Assembly (NCBI RefSeq): GCF_001194135.2
Contig: NC_068989.1
Span: forward strand, 36,566,374-36,630,373
Direction of reading: 5' to 3'
DNA: 64,000 nucleotides
Source of the DNA: Octopus bimaculoides
Lineage: Eukaryota
Positions 25,425-37,968 of the stretch are shown piece by piece. Numbering within the stretch: position 1 is the first letter of the stretch; each line of letters starts with the position of its first letter. The notes under the pieces were generated by a model that made no database searches, was not told where the DNA came from, and worked only from the letters and a program-made list of their open reading frames with translations. A program made the translations under genes and the position numbers.

Positions 25425-26240
25425 GGTCCTTTGTCATCTTTTCTGTGAGGCTCAACATCTGAAGATAATTTTTCACCACTTCATCCCACATCTGGGTTTT
25501 CCTTTTCCACAGGAAAATTAGAATTTTTTATGCACCTGTCTCCATACATATGCATCAGATGGCTATACCAGCACAGTCTTTTCTCTTGCACACTACATCT
25601 GATGCCTCTTATACACAATTTTTCTCTCAACATCATAACACTTTGTCATACATTGCACATCCAATGCAGCGTGCTCGGTTCATTTCTTTCACACCTCTAC
25701 ATGTTATCTACATTCACAGTCCACATTTCACTATGTAACATAGCTGTTTGTGCACAAGCATCCTACAATCTGCCTTTCTCTCTAATGGAGAGACCCTTTG
25801 TTACCAGCAAAGGTAAAGGCTCTCAGAACTTTGCTCAGCTGGTTTTAATTCTAGTAACTATGCTTTCAGAGCATCCTCCACTACTGCTGATTTCATTACC
25901 TAGGTAACAGAAACTATCTATTATCTCTAAGGAATCCCTGGGCATTTGAAAATATTTGTTTCTTGTGTGTTCTTAGTGTTAATTGTTCCTGTGCATCTGT
26001 CACCCACAAAGACTGCTTTCTCTGCTAACGTTCCTGTGATTCCACTGCTCCTTTTAAGTGTTCATAGCTTGTACTGGGTACACCATATGGAATTTCTACC
26101 TACACCTTTTCTACATAGCATGCAGGGCCATTTCCCCAAAAGAATAAGTAATTTGTCTACTTTCTTGCTTGAGATGATTGGCAATTTACTGTGCTTGAAA
26201 GAACCTGTCCAACTAAGTAAAATCAAAACTGTAAAGGCAT
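25425..26240 (-). mobile_element. Decayed RTE-clade LINE fragment (post-RT region)
   Basis: Nucleotide similarity to the copies at 3060-3900 and 22090-22520. Confidence 0.65.
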
Positions 26241-26249
26241 TTCATTTAT

Positions 26250-26420
26250 GTCCATTCCCTGCACACAGTCTGTCTCTATCAAACCTCTCCTCCAACAAAC
26301 CATCGGCCTGACATCTACCCTATCCCTTCACGTGGGTGCACCACTTGCTGTAATCTCCTCCCATCTTTCTCCTTTCGCATCCCCGCAAACCTATCAGCAC
26401 ACAATGTGTCCCAGTCGAAT
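26250..26420 (+). mobile_element. Short PLE fragment (Cys-rich linker before GIY-YIG)
   Basis: DIYPIPSRGCTTCC resembles the PLE GTFPC..P.C.TC motif, followed by CT-rich sequence. Confidence 0.35.
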
Positions 26421-27120
26421 CTTTTTCTCATATATCCCACTAACACCCTCTCCCTCTATTTGTGTCTACTCACACTTTCCTTCTCCTCCATTTCCCCCTT
26501 CACACTCTTATGAACTTACCCATCCTTGGTACTACTTATATAATTCTTACTATAATCTGAGTGTACCCCACCCCATCACATCTTCACCATCAAGTTGTTG
26601 TTGTTACTTGAGTTGGAGGTATGAATATGTGGTTAAAAAGTTTGATTTTTCAACTGTGTGATTCCAGTCACATTCCCAATGCATGGCACCTTTGACTTGG
26701 TTTCCATAGTCTTGAGTTGATTATTGCCTTGTGTGGAGATTAGATTTAGCAAACAGAGGTGGTGCAAAGGTTAATTATGTATGTGTTTTATGTGAATTAC
26801 ATTGTCATGGCATGGCTGTGGGGTTAAGTAGACTGCTTCTCAACAACATTGTTGTAGGTTCAGTCCCACAGTGTGGCACCTTATGTAAGTATCTTTTACT
26901 ATAGCCCAAGCTGACCAGTGCCTTTGAGTGGTTTTGGTAGTTGGAAAGTGAAGGAAGTTCATTATCAGATTCCATGCTACTTCAAGTTGCAAAGCCCCAA
27001 ACGGAGCCTTTTTCATCAGTTTGGTAATACTCTGACGTATTATTACCAGCCTGAAGGCTCTGTTATGGCCAAGAGCTTTCAAAACTTGAAGTAGCATGGA
27101 ATCCAAATCCAGATGTTTTG

Positions 27121-27170
<50 letters not shown>

Positions 27171-27557
27171 TTTTTTTTACAAGGTGGTCCAAAAGTAGGT
27201 TAACAGTTATTCAACTATTTCTTTCACATTCATATANNNNNNNNNNNNNNNNNNNNNNNNNNNNNNNNNNNNNNNNNNNNNNNNNNNNNNNNNNNNNNNN
27301 NNNNNNNNNNNNNNNNNNNNNNNNNNNNNNNNNNNNNNNNNNNNNNNNNNNNNNNNNNNNNNNNNNNNNNNNNNNNNNNNNNNNNNNNNNNNNNNNNNNN
27401 NNNNNNNNNNNNNNNNNNNNNNNNNNNNNNNNNNNNNNNNNNNNNNNNNNNNNNNNNNNNNNNNNNNNNNNNNNNNNNNNNNNNNNNNNNNNNNNNNNNN
27501 NNNNNNNNNNNNNNNNNNNNNATTCATTTGTAGTCTTCTGTGAAAAACATGTCTGCT

Positions 27558-27880
27558 TATACTCTTACTCTTTTACTTGTTTCAGTCATTTGACTGAGGC
27601 CATGCTGGAGCACCGCCTTTAGTCGAGCAAATCGACCCCAGGACTTATTCTTTGTAAGCCTAGTACTTATTCTGTCGGTCTCTTTTGCCGAACTGCTAAG
27701 TTACAGGAACGTAAACACACCAGCATCGGTTGTCAAGCGATGTTGGGGGGACAAACACAGACGCACAAACATATACACACACATACATATATATATATAC
27801 ATATATACGATGGGCTTCTTTCAGTTTCCGTCTACCAAATGCACTCACAAGGCTTTGGTTGGCCTGAGACTACAGTAGAA
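27558..27880 (-). mobile_element. SINE family A copy (relatively young, CpGs retained)
   Basis: catgctggagcaccgcctttagtcgagcaaatcgaccccaggacttattc; head truncated. Confidence 0.8.
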
Positions 27881-30099
27881 TTGCAAAGCTAGAGTAAAGA
27901 TAGTGCAGTATTTAGTTACGTCCCCTTTGTTTTCAGTCGTTGATACAGGTTTTGAATGAATATATTGATTCGTTGAGTTTTTCTCAGTAGCAGGGACACA
28001 GAAAAGTGTGGAATTTTGTACAGAACAAATATTGCAAGAGAAAAGCACCAGATTTTCTCGAAAAGGTTTGATATTTGCTGACATATAATTAGTATATACT
28101 GGTTATTGTAGGTTAATCCTTGTCGAGTAGCTCTTATTAACGAACATCCATTTGTGAAAATTCGTTTTTTTTTTTATTTAGCGTAGTGAAGGTACATAGC
28201 CCAGAGGTTAGAATGTTGGCTCATGATCATAAAGGTTGGTTCAATTCCTGGACAATGCAGCACACTTAATTTCATAGTGCTCCACTTTACTCAGCTGAAG
28301 AAGAGGAGTATCTGTCAGGTGGTAGCGCAGCTCTCTCAAACTGTCACATTCTGGATGCACCGTTGGGTCCAGAGAGAGGACCAAGAGGATGTCTATGCCT
28401 ACTTCTTACTAAAGCAATTAGCGAAAGCATGATACATGTCATCAAACCCCATGCGGTTGCCAGTGACTACTGCACTGTACTAGTATATCTAGGACTACAT
28501 TAGTTAATGTTGCTTCTTGTATTTTAAATGCTCAGTTATGATGAGGGAAAATTTGGCTGCTATTCCTAACGAAACTTGTTCGTTGGCTTTTGTTTTAGAA
28601 GTTAACCTATTTGTAAATCAGGATGCTCTTCTCAAACTGAGAGGCGAAAGTAATCATTAAAAAAAACTATAATTTAATTCGACTGTTATAATTTTATCGT
28701 GTTTTATAACATAAGAAAACAATTGAACTTTACTCCAACCTACTCCTCGTCTCCTTTGTCCTATTTATTGTAAATTGTATTAAGTGGTGCTTGCATTCCT
28801 TGGAAACCACTTCCTGTTTTGGAAAGTTCTTCAAAATAAATGGTTTCTGATTTAGTCACCAGACTAGCAATTTCGAGGAGAGGGGTTTAGTCGATAAAAT
28901 TAATCCTCAGTACTTAACTGGTACTTTATTTTTACCGATTCCTGTGGGATGAAAAGCAAAATTGACTTTTGTATGATTTGAATTCTGAATGTGGAAAAGG
29001 CGAAACAAATATCGTTGAGTATTTTATCCGGTGTTCTAACGATTCTGCCAGCTCGCAATGCTTCTAATATAAGCGTAAGAAGAACCAGAAAAAAAGTAAT
29101 TTTGTCCGAAATTCTACTCATACCGCTATGATTCTATAGAGTTGTAAAGAATTTCTATCAATTACAACTGGAATAATAAATAAATAAGACTATTTAATTA
29201 ATTTTTTTTTTTCAATTAATTAAAAAAAAAAACATTTTAGTTATGAAATGTATGATGAATGGCTGGGTGGGGGTTAAATTTTTAAAAATAAAAATGCGAA
29301 TTACAAGTGTTTCAGAATGCCGAATATTATAAAATCACGAAACAACAAAAACAAAAAAAAAAGAAGACAAAAATAATTTTAATAGTGATAGCTATTCTGA
29401 AGATACGATGACGAGGTGTGGTGAAATTTGAAACTAATGGATTTTGAACAACAACAAAAAAAAAAAAAAGCGATTTACAAGTGTTTTGAATTGTGGGACA
29501 TTGTTAATTGTCGAAAAATCCCAAACCCCCACCAAAGAAATTCCATTTTATTCGTGACAGCTATTTCCGAAAGTCCGCATCAGTTTTTCTTTCATAAAGA
29601 AAACACAATTATAAATGTGTTAGAAGAAAGTTTCACGTAATGATCTATTTAATACGAATGTCTATACCCATGGTTATAATTACAGATAACAAAAAAAACT
29701 TCTTTTTTTCTGATTTTTATGCATAATCTTATATATTCAATATCCAAAGAATAATTTTATCCTATGTACCCGGTGATGTTATTATTAGTTATTATACGGC
29801 AAGCTGGCAGAATCGTTACCGTGCCAGAAAAGTTTCTTATAAATAACCCTTTCTATAATAGGCTAGTATTTAACTGGTACTTATTTTTTCGACCCCGGGA
29901 GGATGAAAGGCAAAGTTAAACTCGGCAGATTTTGAACTCGAAACGTAAAGACGGACGAAATGCTAACGATTCTGTCTGCTGGTCAACTTCAAGTTTCTTA
30001 TAAATAACAGAAATCTCTCAGTTACATTTCGTTTCGCCTTAGAAACATGTCTTCTTTTTCTATTCCTTGTTTTACTGTTTTGCGTTTCATTGGTGTTCC

Positions 30100-30175
30100 G
30101 AATTTAGTTTTACATAAACCCATTGAAAGTGACACTGTAATGGCGTAGTGAAGGTGAAACCCTAGCGAGGTAAGT
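30100..30175 (+). promoter_or_regulatory. Putative promoter and non-coding first exon of AURKAIP1 (donor at 30170)
   Basis: Consensus donor GAG|GTAAGT inside a CpG-retaining region. The ATG-bearing exon at 37943 starts with an acceptor, so an upstream exon must exist. Exon start is unknown. Confidence 0.5.
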
Positions 30176-31717
30176 CGCACGTTGTTGTTGAATAACAACT
30201 GTTTGTGGGCGGCATGGCCATTAATGCTAGTCACATCTTCATTGTAAACACTCTCTTATTTATTCTAACAACTCGTTTTTATCGCTGTGGCATTTTAACT
30301 TCCTAACAGTTTACCAAGTATGTTGTGAATATAAATTTTTATTCATTGAAATCAAAAATATTTTCAATGTTTAATGTCAGGTTTTATAATTTTATATAGG
30401 TTTTTTTTAAAAATGTAGTTTGTTTAGAATATTTTTCGTATTGGATGTTCACAACTAACGAAATACTTATATCACAAACTCATTACTTGGTCATACTCTT
30501 CTCTGGATTCCGAATTTTAAACACCAATTTCTTGACTGATAGTTTGGACAATTCACTAAACCAAACACACATTAATAAGGTACCTTATAGTGACCTTCAT
30601 CCCCCATGTCATCGAGGGAGTCACTTCGAGGTAACATGACCTGCTCGAAAAAGTAGCCAAATCGTATCCTACCCTCTTGAAAAAAAGCAAAGTCACATTG
30701 GATGATAAAAAGACGGATGGTTGCAAACTCCCTTCATCATTGTTTGCTTAAGCAAATTTAACTCAGACAATAATCGATCTTCTATTAAATCGGAATTTAA
30801 TGTGGAAGAAATTCACTAAATCACTAAACTTGTAGATTCTTTATTTTCCTCTACACCTGTGTGACTCTCTCTCCAGACAGTTCATCATTCTGTTGAGTAA
30901 CTTGCCCAGAGAGTGTAACTCTTACACATCAGATATCCTGATTGAGTGATGCTGTATGAACATCTGGCTTGGTTTTTAGTCTCATTGGTCTTCTTTTACT
31001 TGGTGAAATATCACATCTGTGCATCCTGTGACTACAGATGATTGCAGTAGTTTTGCTAACTGAATTGTTTGACCCCGACCATTGACAGTTTGTTGTCTGT
31101 TCATTCTCTTAGCAGCTTGATATTTGTCATTAATTCAATAAGTTCATTTGCTGAAATAGTTCATATCTATCATGCTGCATCCCACGGTTTCAATATAACC
31201 CTGGTTTGGATAGTTGCATGCTATTTAACCCAAGGCTGGGTCCCTGACAAGTGCTGTTACTCCAGGTCAGAGTATACCTGGGAACAATAGTGACTGAGAG
31301 GTTCCACACTCCTCAAAATCTTTGAATTCCCAAACCTGGGTATGACCACAGATTCGTTGATGCTTGCAATTTGTCCCTTGTGCTGAAAATGGTTCCCCAC
31401 CCCTGCTTTGTATATTACTGGATTTTGGTGTCAAATGAAATTAACATGGACTAATAACTCCTAATGGGCTACATGGTTCAGTACTAATGAACTTTTTGTT
31501 TTTCTTTTTTTTCTGTGATAAAATTGTAAAAAGTTTGCTTAGGCTTAGGTGTTTGGTTAAGAAGTTTTTACTTTGAGCAAGTGTTTTCTGGTATTTCCCT
31601 TGGTGAACCAAAGCCTGGTAAGTGGATTTGCAGATGGAAACTGACAAAAGCTATTGCGTGCGTGTTAGTATATATCACACCCATGCCAGCATGGAAGGCG
31701 GACGTTAAATGATGATA

Positions 31718-32930
31718 TAGGGTGCAGTGAATAAATTGTCAGCTAAATTATGCAAAAATGAAAACACTGACATCTAATTTTAACAGATATATTTACCAAA
31801 ATTACATAAAAATATCTTGAAATACTAAAGAGTAAATTTATTCAATAAAATCGCCATTGGCTTCGACCGTGGCCTTCAGACGACTTCGGAATCTCTTGAA
31901 ACTCTTCTGGACGGTCTCCTTGTTTAAGTTGGTGAATGCTGCCATAATTCTTGCCTTCAATTCATCTTTGGTGTTACAAGGAATTTTGTTGGTCTCTTGC
32001 CCAACTGCACCCCACACAATAATCAAGGGGGGTTGCAGTCTGGGGAGTTAGGTGACCAGATGTTAGGGGTGATGTGGTCACAGAAATTGTCTGACAGCCA
32101 TGTCTGGGTTCTCTTGCTTATGTAGCATGATGCAGAGTCCTGTTGCCAGGCGTAAGGTCTTCCAGTAGTCACCTTCTTGACCCAGGACAGCGCTACCTCC
32201 ACCAGGCACTTGATGTAGGCTTCTGTGTTGAGTGTGAGGCCATGTGGGAAGATGAATGAAGGCATAACGTCGCCATCATGAGTGATCACTCTAAGCACAA
32301 TGATGTTGACTGGACGTTTGATTTTTATCACTCTTGGGACATGTTTTGGGGACATGGCAAGCCAACGGTTGTTCTGTGTTCCCCATCTGATCCTGGCAGA
32401 AATTTCTCTCATCTGAGAAAAACCTAAGCATGTTCACTTGGAAGGGATGCTTAAGTTAGTTCCAAAGCTTTGTAGCGCAGTCTTTCCTCTTGTCCTTGAT
32501 GGCTTGTGATAAAAATTGGCCCTTTATCATCTTGAATGAGGATTACCGAATGTCTTCACGCACTCCTGCCTTATAAGAAACTCATACACTCCCATGTCCC
32601 TGGTGATGGACCTGATTGACTTGGAGGGTCATTGTCAATCATTACCTGGATCTCACCGACAAATTCAGGAGTTCTTTTCTTATCAGACCGACTGATCAAA
32701 ATGAGTTTTCCAAGCTGCCGTACATTCGTAATCACTAATTAGACTCATCCAACTCTTTCCAAATCCTCTGCATTGTTCTCAGATTGATACCCTAACACTC
32801 TGAAATGTTCATATTGGAGCTTCTGGTGTGAATGTCAAGCAGTACAGCATGTCGTTCCCAAATTTCTGGTAGAGTGAATTGCGTCATGGTGGTGTTTTTC
32901 TCACAGACGGTACCCAACTGACCCTACTAT
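31718..32930 (-). mobile_element. Tc1/mariner DD37D (maT/mori-type) transposon remnant
   Basis: WQQDS...WSPNSPDCNPLDY (one frameshift) gives 37 residues between the second and third Asp; TA-TAGGGTG terminus at 31716-31724. The other end is unclear. Confidence 0.8.
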
Positions 32931-32974
32931 ACTGTGTAGTTGACAAAATCGAAAATGTGCATGTGCGAAATTAA

Positions 32975-33010
<36 letters not shown>

Positions 33011-33064
33011 CTGTTCTGTGATGGTAAGATCAACAAAAAAAATACTCCATCTGGTGAGAGATAA

Positions 33065-33428
33065 ATATTATTTCATAGACACAATACATGTTTTTATGTT
33101 AATAGTTTTGTATGTTGAGAAATACCTCAAACATATAATCATCAGGCACAAACCATATATAATGAAAGGCAATCAATTGGTGGCAGCTGAAACCATCTCC
33201 AAATGAGGAAGGGAGATAATCACATGAATCAAGAGTTCTCCAAAATTGATATACCATTAAGAAAAACACAGTCTGATTGAAGACGAAGACTGCTGTTGAC
33301 ACATGCATATTACAGAAACTGAGTTTATGATATGTGGTTTGTGCCTGATGAATATGTTTGACATGTGTCTCAATTTACGAAACTATTAGTAGCACATAAA
33401 AACATGTATTGTGTCTATTAGATAATAT
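33065..33428. repeat. Fold-back element 1 (about 100-bp arms, about 160-bp spacer)
   Basis: Left atagacacaatacatgtttttatg...atcatcaggcacaaacc is the reverse complement of right ggtttgtgcctgatga...cataaaaacatgtattgtgtctat. Confidence 0.9.
33331..33406 (+). ncRNA. Type I hammerhead ribozyme motif with intact core
   Basis: Stem I TGTGC/GCACA plus ATGT/ACAT; CTGATGA 33345-33351; imperfect stem II; GAAA 33379-33382; C-TATTA-G; cleavage triplet GTA 33389-33391. Confidence 0.6.
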
Positions 33429-33455
33429 GTGTGTGTGTATATATATATATACACT

Positions 33456-33835
33456 GAAACAACTGTCTGTGTTTACTTTTTATGCCTATGCCACATCAAG
33501 GACCTACTCCTGAGTCGGATCTATGGTTCAAATTGGATTTGGTACTTGCCTATCTGCGATATCCTACTAACATTTGATGTATCCAAAGTTATTTCACTGT
33601 GAGCTCTGTGTTATTGTACCGAGCCATTTCTGGCATCCTATGGAGTTGATATGCCTTGATTTTTATGAAATGGCTTGGTATGATAACAGAGCTTACAATG
33701 AATTAAACAACTTTGGATACATCGAGTGTTAGTAGGATACCGTAGTACCAAATCCAATTTTAACGATAGATCTAACTCAGTGGATAGGCTCTTGGTGTGA
33801 CGTAGATATGAAAAGTAAATGCTGGCAGCTGTTTT
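33456..33835. repeat. Fold-back element 2 (about 175-bp arms, about 35-nt loop)
   Basis: aaattggatttggtact...atcctactaaca..gatgtatccaaagtt mirrored by aactttggatacatc..tgttagtaggat...agtaccaaatccaattt. Confidence 0.9.
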
Positions 33836-34085
33836 GTTAGAATTTCATTTATTTGATGCAATCATAGAAGATTACATCATAATATACAAACCACCCTCAT
33901 CAGGTAAAATTTTAAGCAGGTAAGATTTTAACATTGTCCTGGACATAACCAACACAAGTCACTAGTCCAGCTAATGTTAGCTATGTCTAGGTTAATGTTT
34001 AAAATTTTACCTGATGGTGGTGGATTATATATTATTATGTAATCTATGACTGCATTAAATAAGTAAATTTCTACCAAAACAGCTG
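33826..34085. repeat. Fold-back element 3 (about 110-bp arms)
   Basis: cagctgttttg...catcaggtaaaatttta mirrored by taaaattttacctgatg...caaaacagctg. Confidence 0.9.
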
Positions 34086-34099
34086 TTGTAAATTTTAAA
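33998..34099 (+). ncRNA. Degenerate type I hammerhead motif
   Basis: Stem I TTTAAAATTTTAC/GTAAATTTTAAA; CTGATGG; stem II GGTGGA/TCTACC around a long loop; AAAAC-AGCT-GTT. Confidence 0.5.
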
Positions 34100-35280
34100 T
34101 GCCAATTGTGTTATAGATATATATTTGTGTATGTGCATGAGTATGTATGCACATTTGTGTCTCCTTGTCATATCACTTGTCATGATAGTTGTAAATAAGT
34201 GTCACTGTCATATGAGCAGTGTCATTCATTTCCAATATTCTGTGAAAAAACTTGTCTGGTCATGGGAAAATATTACATTATTTGAAAACAGGTGAGGGTT
34301 GGCAACAAGGACATCTGGCTATACAAAATCTGCTTTAATAAACTATGTCTGGCCCATACAATTATGGAAAGGTGGATGATGATAAACAAAAATGAGCTAA
34401 GATAGATAACTCAGAGTGGCCAGTGGCATTATTTGAACAACAAAACTCTCCTCTTGCAGAGAAAGTAAAGCAGTAAAAATTGGTGGCAGCTAGAACCCGC
34501 TCCAACTGAGGAAGGGAGATAATCACATGACTCTAGTGTTTGCCAAAATTGATATACCGTTAAGAAAAACAGTTTTATTGAAGACAAGAGGACTGCTGCA
34601 GACACATGCAAGTGATTAGAGTTGCAGAAACCTAGTCTTTGAGCTGCAAATAAGTGCAGGCATGACTGTGTGGTTAGGAAGCTTGCTTTGCAGCTATCTG
34701 ATTTCAGGTTCAGTCCCACTGTGTGGCACCTTGGACAAGTGTCTTCTATAGCCCTAGGTCAACCAATCCTTTATGAGTGAATTTAGTAGATGAACACTGT
34801 GTTGAAGCTCTTGATGTGTGTATATATGTGTGTGTGTGCTTGACCCTTCACATCTCTTGACAACTGGTTTTGGTTTGTTTATGTCCACATAACTTCATAG
34901 TTTGCTGAAAGAAAACAGTTGAATGAATACCAGAATTAAAAAATAAATACTGGGGTCAGTTTGTTCAGCGAAATTCTTCAAGGCAGTGCCCCAGCATGAC
35001 CACATTCCAATGACTGAAACGTATTACAGCTAAAAAAATGTATGAAATCATCAGGGTTTGTGAGTCTAGGAGTTTGATGTGACTTGGAAGAATTAGTGTC
35101 ACACGTTTAGATCAGGTCTTTGAATAACTTGGTAATTCTAGTTTCAGACGTCCTTCCAATTAAGTCATTAAAATAAACTTGTTTAATGGGTCCTGGCTGT
35201 TGTCACAAACACTTGGAAATAATTGTGTTCTCAGAATTGCATTGCCCGAGTTTTCATTCTTCATCAGAATTACATTCTTT

Positions 35281-35595
35281 CTTTATTCTTTTACTTGTTT
35301 CAGTCATTTCACTGCAGCCATGCTGGAGCACCGCCTTTAGTCGAGCAAATTGACCCCCGAACCGCTAAGTTATGGGGACAAACACACCAGCATTGGTTGT
35401 CAAGCGATGTTGGGGGGGACAAACACATACATATATACGATGGGCTTCTTTCAGTTTCCGTCTGCCAAATCCACTCACAAGGCTTTGTTTGGCCCGAGGC
35501 TATAGTAGAAGACACTTGCCCAAGGTGCCATGCAGTGGGACTGAACCCGGAACCATGTGGTTGGTAAGCAAGCTACTTACCACACAGCCACCCCT
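35281..35595 (-). mobile_element. SINE family A copy
   Basis: Head to tail similarity to the other family A copies. Confidence 0.8.
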
Positions 35596-37968
35596 GTAAA
35601 TCTCTTGTTATAAAGACAGGTTTCCATGTTGCTTGTCTCAACTTCCTACTCTCTGTTCTCAGGGACACTAGATATAATCCTTCCTCAGCAAAATCTCAAG
35701 CAGTCTTATTTAAAAAGAAACTTTTGAAGTTCAAATATTCATTTCACAGGTTTATCGTTATATCTCTTGTGATCATGACTTAATGAGTTTTGTGAGAGAT
35801 ATAGAGAATTGAGAATTTTTTTTTTTTTATATATAATAATAATTGAGATCAGTGGTTCGCAACCATGTTTTGCTTCTGGGCCACTTTGATTCCTCTTTTA
35901 CTCAAATGGACCACCATAGCCATTTGAAGTTTCAAATATCCTATTATAGTTTTAGAATTAAATATTAGGAATTGTATGAAAAATATTTGGTGTATTCATC
36001 ATCATCATTTAACGTCCATTTTTCCATGCTGGCATGGGTTGGATAGTTTGACAGGAGCTGAACAGTTGAAGGATTATTCAGACTGTTTTGGCATGGTTTC
36101 TACTTCTGGATGCCCTTCCTAATGCCAACCAGTTTACGGAGTGTACTAGGTGCTTTTATGCAGCACTGGCACAAGTACTTTTTATGTGGCACCAGCACCT
36201 ACTGTGGAAGTATAACCAATTTATTGAATATAAAGTGTAACAACAAAATCTTATGTGTACCTCCAAGAGCCATATGGACACCGCATTGAGAACCACAGAT
36301 TTAGATGGAGATAAGTTGTTGTAGGTACTATTTGAAAATAGAGCTCAGTTTTCATTGCATGCTTTTCAGTGACTCTCTTATTTTAGTTCTTTGGAGAAGA
36401 AGGGGATCATTTAGAATTCTGTAAAAAAAAAGAAATCTGAATCTCAATAGATAAAAGAAGGTATTTATATGGTTTTACTAGCTTAAAAGCCACTCGATAG
36501 GGCGGCTTTTAAGCTAGCTCTTGTGGAAGGCTCTTCATTAGGCCTTGAGCCCAACAACGACATTTCATGCATTGAGTACATATTACACTTTATTAAACTT
36601 GAACAACATTTTTCAAGCTATGTGCAATCTTCATCAAAACAATGATATATTTTATCAACTTGGAATTATTGCAAAACTGCATGATGAACAACAGTACCAC
36701 CACCAATGCCACTACATCTGCCATACACACACCATTCAGATGCCACCACCATCAATATCTTTGACTTCGCTGCCTTCCCCTCCATCACCACTGTCTTTCA
36801 CATTGCTTACTCTCACTTCGTCACTCACTGCCTCTATCACAACTACAGCTCACACTGTTACTATCACCCCATTACCATCACAAAAAGGCTAAATGTGTGT
36901 GTTCGTTCAGTATGTTACTTGAACATTTTAGTTCAGTGGTCAGTCCCTCTTTTGCTCACATACACACTCTTTCCCTCTCTTATTATTACTCCCACTGCCA
37001 CCATCAACACTACCACTTTTAATAAAACATCATCAACTCTCCTTAAATTTGTCTATTTCTTCTCTCTCTGTCTTCGCCACCACCCTCACCGTCTCTATGC
37101 TTACTATTATTCTCACCCCAATATGAGCAATAGTAGGAGTGTCAATGACTAGTGGGGTGGGGGCAAAGTGTGACACACTGACACACAGAAATTAGTTTTC
37201 GCATTTATTATATTAGATGGTATTATATGACAACAGTCATCATCAGTCTTTTAATGTCCAGTTTTCCATGCTTGTGTGGGTTGGCTGGAATTTGAGGCAT
37301 AAATTCTTTGGCTAGGTGCATTTCCTGTCACCAACCCTTGCTGATTTCAAAGCAAGGTAATATTTCCCCATGGCCACACATTTTCTTGCTGAATGTTGAA
37401 AATTACTGATACGGTTTGTATAATAGTAACTTCCATTTGTAACTATCATGCAATGTCAAGACTAGAAGACACAAGCATGCATACTTACACTCATATGATG
37501 AGCTTCTTTCAGTTTCTGTATATCAAATCTATCCACATGGCTTTGGTTGGCCCATGGTTGTTGTAGCGGACACTTTCCAAAGTGCCGTATGGTGGCACTC
37601 AGCTCCAAACCATGTAGTTGGGAAGTAAACTTAACAACCACACCACCATATCTGTATCATTATTGTTATTTAGGTGGTGAGCTAGCAGAATTGTTAGCAC
37701 ACTGGGTAAGATGAATAGTGGCATTTTGTCTGTCTTTATGTTCTGAGTTCAAATTTTGCTAAGGTTGACTTTGCCTTTCATCCTTTCAGGGTTGATGAAT
37801 TAAGTACCCCCCTCCCCCAATTTTCAGTCTTTGTGCCTTTAGTAGAAACGATTAATATTATTGTATTAGTGACTCAACAATACTATGTGTATATTATAAA
37901 CATCTTTTGTGTATATTACTATAATATTTCTATCTTTTTTAGGTTCTGAAACTAACAGAGTTTCTAAC

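Noticed and set aside
18933-30018. Shared 14-mer TAACAGAAATCTCT in both CpG-rich regions (18933-18946, 30005-30018)
   Set aside because: Exact 14-mer matches are expected by chance in 64 kb of AT-rich DNA.
30022-30234. Minus-strand ORF ending MFLRRNEM as a divergent first exon
   Set aside because: Weak donor (AAT|GTAACT) and no supporting downstream exon.
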